DNA of 32,000 nucleotides from an uncultured archaeon (GTDB lineage Archaea > Iainarchaeota > Iainarchaeia > Iainarchaeales > CSSED10-239). The stretch is from assembly GCA_964496765.1 (NCBI GenBank), contig CAZCAP010000005.1:1-32000 (forward strand). The letters run 5' to 3'. The stretch's first letter is position 1. Each line of letters opens with the position of its first letter. Under the pieces are notes generated by a model. That model saw only the letters and a program-made list of their open reading frames with translations, was not told the DNA's origin and made no database searches. Below are positions 24,601 to 32,000 of this stretch, piece by piece. A program made the position numbers and the translations under genes.

Positions 24601-24966
24601 TTATTCATCTATTGAATCAAGCTTTGTTAGAACAACATCAGAAGCTTCAAGTCCTAAATAGGTAACCTTCCAGGTTGTGTGATTTTTACCCCACATTGAA
24701 GTAATTTCTTTTGTTTCATTAATTGTAAGCTCAGTATTGTACTCATAGCCCTTGTGCTCGTTCTTAACCATGTACAATCTATCATATTCCATGATTATGT
24801 GCTTAGGATTTGCATGAACAACCTTGAAGATGTTCTTTCCTCCATCCTCTTCAAACTCTTCATTAAGTTCAACATAAACAACCTTGTCTTCGAACTTGTT
24901 GTTTTTTGGTCTTTCCATGTCTGTTATTTTTCTTATTAAATGTATTTTTATTTCCATAATATTCAT
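24601..24966 (-). CDS. Hypothetical protein (about 121 aa)
   Basis: Uninterrupted ORF with ordinary composition. The track start at 24975 is a TTG. ATGs are at 24966 and 24957. I recognise no motif. Confidence 0.55.
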   Translation of the reverse strand: MNIMEIKIHLIRKITDMERPKNNKFEDKVVYVELNEEFEEDGGKNIFKVVHANPKHIIMEYDRLYMVKNEHKGYEYNTELTINETKEITSMWGKNHTTWKVTYLGLEASDVVLTKLDSIDE

Positions 24967-25041
24967 CTTCTCCAAAATTCATTCCTATAAATATCTTATT
25001 GTTTGCTATAAAGAAGTAGACAAATATATTTTTAAATATAT

Positions 25042-26043
25042 TTACCAGGTTATATTCACCTGATCAGTCCTAAATAGAGGATTAATTATGGTTTCTTTAA
25101 GATCCTGTGCACCATCAGCAAGATAATGTTTAAGCCCCAAATCTGCAATCATCACACCATTATCTAAGCAAACCTGGAAAGGAGGGATGTATAATTTAAT
25201 ACCTCTCTGATCACAGAACTTAATTAGCATCTCTTCTAGTGCTTTACTTGCTGCAACCCCCCCAATAACCATGAGTTCTTTCTTTTTTGTGTAGGATATA
25301 CCTCTTTCAGAGACTTCAAGAAGCATTGCATAGGCTGTGTGCATGAAAGAATAAACTAAATCTTCTTTTTTCACCTTACCAATAAGCTTGGTTGCTGATG
25401 TTAATAACCCAGAAAAAACTATATCCATTCCCTTAACTGAATAGGGAAGATCAATATAGTTATTAGATTCAAAATAGACCTTATCTAAGATTGGTCCACC
25501 TGGAAATCCATAACCTAATTCTCTTGCAAATGAATCAAATAGATTACCAATTCCAATATCTAATGTTTCACCTAAAATTTTATATTTATTATCATCTAAA
25601 GCAATTATTTGAGTGTTTGCTCCACTTGTGTAGATAACAAGTGGATCCTTAGCTTTCATTAATGTTTTTCCTATTTCAATGTGTGCAACACAATGATTAA
25701 CTCCAACAATTGGTTTATTATATTTAATTGATAATGTTCTTGCAAAAGTAGCACCCACTGATAAACAAGGACCTAGACCAGGGCCTTGAGCAAACGAGAT
25801 AACTGAAATATCTTTCATTTTTAATTTTGCAATTGTTAATGCTTCCTTTAGAACATCAATAGCATTTGAATAATGAAATTGAGCTGCATCAAATGGTTTA
25901 ATACCCTTGTCTGGTTGCTTGTATTGTTTTTTTACATTTGCAAGAATGATTCCATTAGAATCAATAATACCTATACCAAAGGTGTGAGCAGTTGATTCAA
26001 TTCCAAGAGATATTAATCTTTCTTGTTTTTGTTTAGAAACCAT
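25042..26043 (-). CDS. kae1: tRNA N6-adenosine threonylcarbamoyltransferase Kae1 (no Bud32 fusion)
   Basis: ASKHA fold with GIESTAHTFGIGIID and the metal-binding GVNHCVAHIE. Later strings are SGANTQI and GGVAASKAL. Length is 333 aa. Confidence 0.95.
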   Translation of the reverse strand: MVSKQKQERLISLGIESTAHTFGIGIIDSNGIILANVKKQYKQPDKGIKPFDAAQFHYSNAIDVLKEALTIAKLKMKDISVISFAQGPGLGPCLSVGATFARTLSIKYNKPIVGVNHCVAHIEIGKTLMKAKDPLVIYTSGANTQIIALDDNKYKILGETLDIGIGNLFDSFARELGYGFPGGPILDKVYFESNNYIDLPYSVKGMDIVFSGLLTSATKLIGKVKKEDLVYSFMHTAYAMLLEVSERGISYTKKKELMVIGGVAASKALEEMLIKFCDQRGIKLYIPPFQVCLDNGVMIADLGLKHYLADGAQDLKETIINPLFRTDQVNITW

Positions 26044-26109
26044 AATTATAATATAGATTAGAAGAATTTAAAAAATGAAAAGAAAAAGAAAGATAATAGA
26101 AATAATTAT

Positions 26110-28506
26110 TTATTTCCAATATCCTGGATGATATAATTCCATAAAATTATCATAGAAATACAAATAATAAGCTGTTTTTCTCATGCTTGCATAAACTGAC
26201 CAGCTATCAAGCTCTCCAGTACCATCATGTATTTTATATGGATAATAATCATTCACAGCTGGTATTCCTTTTGTGAAGTTCTTTGCACCAGAATCACTTC
26301 CGATCATGTATTGATAAAATGATCCAAATGCAGTATTTATTGCTAAATCTATACTCCCATTTGGTTTATCTATATCATCTATTCCTTTTGTTTTGAATTC
26401 TGTTTGAAGCTTATCTCTTGATTCTAGGAAGATTGCAGCAGAAAGTATTAATCCTTTCTTATGATCTGTTTTTGCATCATTAACAAAGTTCAAATAATCT
26501 TGATTACTTGTTATTGTAATGCGAGCATCTCTAACAAATTCAATTAATTTTGGATGTGAAGTTAAATAATCTATATTACTATTTCCCCAGGTATTTACAT
26601 TTACTTGCCCAACACCAAAAGAAACACCATCAGTTCCAACAGTAACTGTTTTATCAAAATTGGATTCTGATCCAATAATAGCAAACCAAATTGCATGTTC
26701 TTCTTCAGTCATTTGCATTTCAGTAACAAGATCATTCATATCTTTTATCACTTCATTATCTTTTGTAAAGTTTAAAGAATCATATTTTATTTTTATTGTC
26801 ATTTCTAGATTTGCATCAGAATCTTTAATAATTTGTCCAGGACCAGTTATCCCTGTTTGATTTATGTCGCTATTTAAATCAACCATTCTAAATGAACATA
26901 ATTTTTGATTAAATAAATCGCATTTTTCTGAGGTTGTTGGCTCTGGAGTTATTGAATCAGATATTCCACCAGCTACTCCAGGGATCCATTCAGGAAGTGA
27001 TCCACCATAGAATTTAATTAATTTTCTATTGTTTATTTTGTAAATATCCACATTGATACTATTTACATCATCTACATATACAAAGAAATAATAGTCATAA
27101 TCAGTTGGAGTTCCAACAAGAAGATAGTTTCCACTATTGATTGGTGATATTTGATTTAAATTTTGTACATTAATTGAGCTACTAGTTAAATCTATTTTTT
27201 TAGTTAGATTTTGTCCAATTTCAAAAGATGTAGACACAGAACTACAATTATTTAGAGTACTTGGAGTATTCCAATCAGTATTAATTTTGTTTGAATAATA
27301 ACAAGTATCTCCTGTTTTTCCAGAAACTGTAAATTGAATTGTTGCAGTATTTTTTGTAAAATAGCAAACATGATTATCACAAATATATCCGTCTCCACTT
27401 GCATTTACAGGAGTTAATGTTATGCCTGCTGAGGCTGGACCTGATGAAGGTGTTCTTGGTTGTGTTGTTGAATCCGGAGTATGGGCTGGATTATCGTTTG
27501 GAGAAGGACTAGTGCTACAATCACTAGTATCAATTGTACATTTCTCTTTATTACATTTTAAATTACCACTTGTGTATTTTGAATCGTATGAAACACAGGT
27601 TTTAGATGTTACCATATTATTTGCAGCCACTGGATTATTTAAATTATCTCTAAAGTAAATAGTACCATTTGATGAAACTTCACATTCTTCACTATATTCT
27701 AAATTACCATTTGCTACTCCAATACACTTAGAAGTTGTAGAACCTGGGTTTGTATTAGTAGTTGATCCAACTCTAATTGTGTAACTTGTAGCAAAATAGT
27801 TTGGAGTAGTAAATATCTTTGTCTCATCTGAAATTAATTGATAAGTATATCGACCAGGACTACTTTCTGATAACGCCTCCAAATTTGCATGACGCGTCAT
27901 ACTAAACATGGTTTTACTGTGCAACACATTATATCTTAATAAATAAACATAAAACACACCATTTGTCTTATCCTTATAATCATCAGAAGTTATATTTAAC
28001 ACCCCAGTTGATGGATCAAAAAAGTTATATCTACAAGAAATATCCGCAAATTTAATATCACTTAATCCCTTCTCTTTTAGTTTTGAAACTAAATCTTGAC
28101 GAGAATTTCCGCAATAGTTTTCAAAATTATTACTAGAAAATATAGTCAGTGAATTTCCAGTATAAAATGATTCTGAAAGGGTACTATCTAAAATAGATTT
28201 ACTTCCTGCATCTAATTCATTTGGGAAATAAATCACAAAAACAGATAATTTTGAATCATCATAAATTGTCCAAGCTACATTTATTATATTTGGCATATTT
28301 CTTTGCCACGAATTACCTAAATCTGTCTTAGGAATATTTGAATTTGTATAATTTATTACTAAATTTCCCGTGGTAGATGAATAGGTTCCATCTTTTATGT
28401 TTAGACGTTGATAACTAGCAGCACTTACAACTCCAAGATTTATTAAAAACATTAACGCAATTATTGCAAATAGAATATATCCTTTATACTTCATCTTTAC
28501 CCACAT
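26110..28506 (-). CDS. Large secreted protein (798 aa): signal peptide, Cys-rich and P/T/S-linker regions, SLT-like (lytic transglycosylase / lysozyme-like) C-terminal domain
   Basis: The signal is KGYILFAIIALMFLINLGVVSAA/S. A Cys-rich stretch covers aa about 261-330. The P/T/S linker is STSPSPNDNPAHTPDSTTQPRTPSSGPASAG. The C-terminal IIGSESNFDKTVTVGTDGVSFGVGQVNVNTWG resembles SLT motifs I and II (E-S ... G-[LV]-x-Q). The domain assignment is tentative. Confidence 0.85.
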   Translation of the reverse strand: MWVKMKYKGYILFAIIALMFLINLGVVSAASYQRLNIKDGTYSSTTGNLVINYTNSNIPKTDLGNSWQRNMPNIINVAWTIYDDSKLSVFVIYFPNELDAGSKSILDSTLSESFYTGNSLTIFSSNNFENYCGNSRQDLVSKLKEKGLSDIKFADISCRYNFFDPSTGVLNITSDDYKDKTNGVFYVYLLRYNVLHSKTMFSMTRHANLEALSESSPGRYTYQLISDETKIFTTPNYFATSYTIRVGSTTNTNPGSTTSKCIGVANGNLEYSEECEVSSNGTIYFRDNLNNPVAANNMVTSKTCVSYDSKYTSGNLKCNKEKCTIDTSDCSTSPSPNDNPAHTPDSTTQPRTPSSGPASAGITLTPVNASGDGYICDNHVCYFTKNTATIQFTVSGKTGDTCYYSNKINTDWNTPSTLNNCSSVSTSFEIGQNLTKKIDLTSSSINVQNLNQISPINSGNYLLVGTPTDYDYYFFVYVDDVNSINVDIYKINNRKLIKFYGGSLPEWIPGVAGGISDSITPEPTTSEKCDLFNQKLCSFRMVDLNSDINQTGITGPGQIIKDSDANLEMTIKIKYDSLNFTKDNEVIKDMNDLVTEMQMTEEEHAIWFAIIGSESNFDKTVTVGTDGVSFGVGQVNVNTWGNSNIDYLTSHPKLIEFVRDARITITSNQDYLNFVNDAKTDHKKGLILSAAIFLESRDKLQTEFKTKGIDDIDKPNGSIDLAINTAFGSFYQYMIGSDSGAKNFTKGIPAVNDYYPYKIHDGTGELDSWSVYASMRKTAYYLYFYDNFMELYHPGYWK

Positions 28507-28592
28507 TTAAGTTAATTAGTTAGTCTAAAATATCTATATATTATATGGATACATTTAAAAAGGTTAATCTTGAGAGGAGAATAGAAAGAACT

Positions 28593-29180
28593 TTATTTGA
28601 GAATAGAAAGAACCTTCTCTTGTAGGTGAATAGGATATGCTGTTAAATATTCATTTAACTTCTTCTTATCTATCTTCTCTTTTATATCTTTTATAACTTC
28701 TTTTGAAAGAGAAGACTCTTCTTTATAATAAATAAAATCTATTAATGTCTTTTCTATGTCTGAAACTGGCACCTGTATATTATAATAATCTATAAAATCA
28801 AATCCAAAGAAGTATTTTCTGGTTATCCTATGGAGAACTATATTTCCTCCATCAAAAGATGATTTCACTCCAGATCTTACTTTCTTTGTAGTTATTATTA
28901 CTGGATTTGTTTCTTGCTCCCATAGGTTCCTAAAAGATAAGGCTTCTTGTAAACCATAATAAAATGGAGAATAAGAAAATCCAGAAACCATGATGTCTTT
29001 TGCAAAAGTATATTTACCTCTAGTTATTCTTATTATTTCTTTCTTTTTTAATAGATTATGAATTAACTTTTGTAAATACTCATTTGATATTCCTTTTTCT
29101 TTAAGTAATAGAAACAGATCTCTCTTTGAAAAACCTAGTTTATCTTTATATCTTTCTTTAATTAATTGTAAGTATTTCAT
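28593..29180 (-). CDS. AbiEi-like antitoxin / COG5340 transcriptional regulator
   Basis: The N-terminal wHTH is FSKRDLFLLLKEKGISNEYLQKLIHNLLKKKEIIRITRGKYTF (...RG.Y). The C-terminal YYGLQEALSF ... FFGF ... VPVSDIEKTLIDFIYY matches the COG5340 pattern as I recall it. Confidence 0.7.
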   Translation of the reverse strand: MKYLQLIKERYKDKLGFSKRDLFLLLKEKGISNEYLQKLIHNLLKKKEIIRITRGKYTFAKDIMVSGFSYSPFYYGLQEALSFRNLWEQETNPVIITTKKVRSGVKSSFDGGNIVLHRITRKYFFGFDFIDYYNIQVPVSDIEKTLIDFIYYKEESSLSKEVIKDIKEKIDKKKLNEYLTAYPIHLQEKVLSILK

Positions 29181-29193
29181 AATTATCTTGATT

Positions 29194-29859
29194 TTATATA
29201 TTAAATCTTCTTTTTAGTGCATCCAGCATTTGCTTTACTGTTGGAACAACACCTGTTAAAATTATTGATTTAAAGATTGGTTCATCAACAGTTGATAAAG
29301 GAAATAACTTGATTAGTTCAATTACTTGTTTTTTATATTCTTTATTATCTGAAATAAAATAACTTAAATAATAAACATCATAAATATCTCTAATTAATCT
29401 TCTATTAAGGTATGCGTTTGCTTTTTCAAGTAATAGATCTTCAACAGATAAGGTGTATATAGAGATAATACTTCCATCTATTTTTTCATATTCTCTAACT
29501 ACTTTTTTTAAAAGAATTGGATCTTTCTTTTTTAATATTCTTATTTCTACTCTAACATCGATTTTATTATTTGATGCTTTTGCAAAGATAACATTATCCG
29601 TTTGTTTGTATTTAATTAAATTTAAATTTATTTTTTCTAATGTTTGTTTTATTTTTACTTGGATATCTCCTTGTTCAACTAAATAAAAATCAAGATCTTC
29701 TGAATATCTATTCCCACCATAGCATCTCCATATTGTTGTTCCTCCATGTAATATTAAATCAGGTAGCACATCATAGAGATTAGTAATTAATTCATCTTGT
29801 AGATATCCTTGATCCTTATGATATTGTTTCTTTAGTTTATTTGAGAGAGGTAGCCTCAT
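29194..29859 (-). CDS. AbiEii/AbiGii-family nucleotidyltransferase toxin (DUF1814)
   Basis: LILHGGTTIWRCYGGNRYSEDLDFYL matches the family N-terminal signature (L.GGTAL...Y...R.SEDLDF). The protein is 221 aa and the next gene starts 13 nt downstream. Confidence 0.8.
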   Translation of the reverse strand: MRLPLSNKLKKQYHKDQGYLQDELITNLYDVLPDLILHGGTTIWRCYGGNRYSEDLDFYLVEQGDIQVKIKQTLEKINLNLIKYKQTDNVIFAKASNNKIDVRVEIRILKKKDPILLKKVVREYEKIDGSIISIYTLSVEDLLLEKANAYLNRRLIRDIYDVYYLSYFISDNKEYKKQVIELIKLFPLSTVDEPIFKSIILTGVVPTVKQMLDALKRRFNI

Positions 29860-30019
29860 AGTTTATCACAAATATATAAATAACCAAAAGGTATATAAAA
29901 AGGTACTTTTGGTCACCCACATGAAGAGACAAGACATAAATACTTTTATAAGTATTTTCTATCTTTATAATATATCTAAAGCAAATAATAGAGAGAACTA
30001 ATGAAAAGGATAGAATTAT

Positions 30020-31468
30020 ATGACTATTAAATTATATAATACACTCACAAGAAAAAAAGGAATCTTTAAACCTGTTGAAAAAGGAAAATTAAAGATCTAT
30101 GTTTGTGGTGTTACTGTTTATGATGAAGTACATCTAGGTCATGCAATGTCCTATATCTATTATGATATGCTTATTAATTATTTTAAACATTTCCACAGCT
30201 ATGATGTGCTATATGTTAGAAACATAACAGATGTTGGGCATATGACAACTGATGCTGATGGTGGAGAAGATAAAATAGAAAAAAGAGCAATTGAAAGAAA
30301 GATCCATCCAATGGAGCTTGTTTACAAGTATACCCATAGTATGTGGAAGAACTTTGATGCAATCAATCTTGATAGACCAAATCTTGAACCACAGGCATCA
30401 GCACACATTCTTGAAATGCAGGAATGGATTAAAAAAATGCTTAAAAATGGATTTGCCTATGAAGTAAATGGAAATGTGTATTATGATATCTCAAAATTTG
30501 AAAACTATGGTAAATTCTCAAACAATAATGTAGAGGACATGTTAAAAGATACAAGATTTAAGAATGATGAACAAAAAAAACATGCAGGAGATTTTGCTCT
30601 TTGGATAAAAGCAGAACCAAAACACATTTTAAAATGGCCATCTCCCTGGGGTGAAGGATACCCTGGATGGCATCTTGAGTGTTCAGTCATGGGAACCAAA
30701 TATTTAGGAGATAAGTTTGATATTCATGGAGGAGGAATTGAACACCTGTTCCCACATCATGAAAATGAGATTGCACAAAACTATGGATATTTTCAAAAAA
30801 GAGTAGTAAATAATTGGGTGCACACTGCTCTACTAATGGTTGATTCACAGAAGATGGGAAAATCTAAAGGTAATTACATAACCATAGAAGATTTCTTAAA
30901 AACACATTCACCTGAAAGCCTAAGATATCTTGTTCTCTCTGGGCACTATAGAAAACCACAAAATTATACAGAGAAAGCAATTACAGATTCAGAGAATGCA
31001 GTTGAAAGAATAAATAATTTTATTTTAAGATTACAAGATATTAAGAATGAGAAGGAAAGTAAGTTTGCAGAAGCAATCATTGAAAATTCAATTGCGAACT
31101 TTTCTAAACAAATGGATGATGATTTAAATACACCTGCTGCATTTGCTGAAATATTCTTTTTAATTAAAGAAACAAATAAGTTGATTGATACTGATAAAAT
31201 AAATGTTTCTGAAGCAGAAAAAATACTTAACTTTCTTAAAAAAATTAATTTCGTGTTTAAAATATTCACATTTATTAAGAAGGAAGATCCAAGCAAACCC
31301 AAAAAGAATAGAATCAAGGAACCAGAAATACTTGAACAGATTAAAAAAAGAGATGAACTAAGAAAGAAGAAAAAATGGGAAGATGCAGATGTTATTAGAA
31401 TGAATCTCCAGAAGAAGGGGGTTGTTCTTTTTGATAGTAAGGACGGAACCACCTGGAGATACGAATAA
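30020..31468 (+). CDS. cysS: Cysteine--tRNA ligase
   Basis: Class I signatures are HLGHA (HIGH) and KMGKSKGN (KMSKS). The zinc-site context is YVCGVTVYD ... WHLECS ... HGGGIEHLFPHHENE. The C-terminal KKWEDADVIRMNLQKKGVVLFDSKDGTTW is typical of CysRS. Confidence 0.97.
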   Translation: MTIKLYNTLTRKKGIFKPVEKGKLKIYVCGVTVYDEVHLGHAMSYIYYDMLINYFKHFHSYDVLYVRNITDVGHMTTDADGGEDKIEKRAIERKIHPMELVYKYTHSMWKNFDAINLDRPNLEPQASAHILEMQEWIKKMLKNGFAYEVNGNVYYDISKFENYGKFSNNNVEDMLKDTRFKNDEQKKHAGDFALWIKAEPKHILKWPSPWGEGYPGWHLECSVMGTKYLGDKFDIHGGGIEHLFPHHENEIAQNYGYFQKRVVNNWVHTALLMVDSQKMGKSKGNYITIEDFLKTHSPESLRYLVLSGHYRKPQNYTEKAITDSENAVERINNFILRLQDIKNEKESKFAEAIIENSIANFSKQMDDDLNTPAAFAEIFFLIKETNKLIDTDKINVSEAEKILNFLKKINFVFKIFTFIKKEDPSKPKKNRIKEPEILEQIKKRDELRKKKKWEDADVIRMNLQKKGVVLFDSKDGTTWRYE

Positions 31469-31470
31469 AT

Positions 31471-31839
31471 TTATTTCTTTTTCTTGGATTTTTTTTCTAT
31501 TTTTTTCTTTTCCAATGGAAATACATCGTTTACACATTTCATACCATAATCAAATGTTTCTTTATCTAGATTAATTCCAATTCCTTTTCTTTCAAGCTCG
31601 TTCATGAATTCTCTCTTTGAAATTCCTACTAATCTTGCTCCCCCAGTTAGATCTAAATTGTTATCATAATAGGCTTTAATTGCGTTATCTAATTTATATT
31701 CATATACTCCTTTATCAAAAAACATTCTTGCAACTTCTGATTCAGTTAAATTTTTTTCTTTAGCAACCGCATAAATCACACTTAATGAACTATCAGACAA
31801 CCTATATGATTTTAATTTTTTTAATTTATATTCACTCAT
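31471..31839 (-). CDS. UPF0175-family (antitoxin-like) protein with N-terminal extension and polybasic tail
   Basis: AIKAYYDNNLDLTGGARLVGISKREFMNELERKGIGINLDKETFDYG matches the UPF0175 pattern (A..ly..g.is.g.aA.laG.sr.eF...l...gi......e). The ATG at 31839 is 9 nt after GGTGA; the track start at 31851 is a GTG. Confidence 0.7.
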   Translation of the reverse strand: MSEYKLKKLKSYRLSDSSLSVIYAVAKEKNLTESEVARMFFDKGVYEYKLDNAIKAYYDNNLDLTGGARLVGISKREFMNELERKGIGINLDKETFDYGMKCVNDVFPLEKKKIEKKSKKKK

Positions 31840-32000
31840 AATTATTTTCACCCTCTATTACTTTTAATCCCCATAAAGTAAATCTTGAATTAATACTTTT
31901 TTTCAATTGTATAATTTTATCTCTTGCATCTTGTTTAGAAATTATATTTTTTCTATATAATATATAAACAAAATGAATACTAGTAAATAATCTTATCTTA

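Noticed and set aside
30964-31452. 162-aa minus-strand ORF inside cysS, plus the 64-aa ORF at 30505..30699
   Set aside because: Both are antisense to a confidently identified CysRS and have F/S/L-rich shadow composition.
31832-31990. ATG-less open frame upstream of and overlapping the UPF0175 gene
   Set aside because: There is no ATG, only a possible TTG, and no SD or recognisable motif. It is not reported as a feature.

Overview
Visibly AT-rich, tightly packed archaeal chromosome segment. Archaea-specific housekeeping genes dominate. They include SRP54 and FtsY, and the conserved block L39e-L31e-aIF6-prefoldin alpha-FtsY. S19e, RNase P protein Rpr2/Rnp4, archaeal DnaG, Hjc, Pth2, Kae1 and CysRS are also present. 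Many genes are preceded by GGTGA/GAGGTGA Shine-Dalgarno-like motifs, and several adjacent genes overlap by ATGA. The small genes, lysine-rich protein tails and large secreted surface proteins suggest a small-genome, DPANN-like archaeon, but that is inference only. I folded five tRNA genes by hand, all on the minus strand: Thr-GGU, His-GUG, Gly-GCC, Leu-AAG and Val-UAC. Two are unusual. The Leu tRNA encodes A at wobble position 34, and the Val tRNA has an 8-nt anticodon loop. Accessory content has five parts. (1) A triad of class-III-signal pilin-like genes, with an A24 prepilin peptidase about 7 kb away. (2) A Cas4-like PD-(D/E)XK nuclease facing a tightly coupled DUF1016-RadC-HicB-HicA operon, with a GC-rich palindrome in the shared promoter region. 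(3) A cassette of four unannotated or short lysine-rich ORFs, two of them paralogous. (4) An AbiEii/AbiEi pair in toxin-first order. (5) Two large secreted proteins, one transglutaminase-like and one with an SLT-like C-terminus. I saw no CRISPR array, rRNA, transposase or integrase. All functional calls come from motif recognition by eye; no database search was run.
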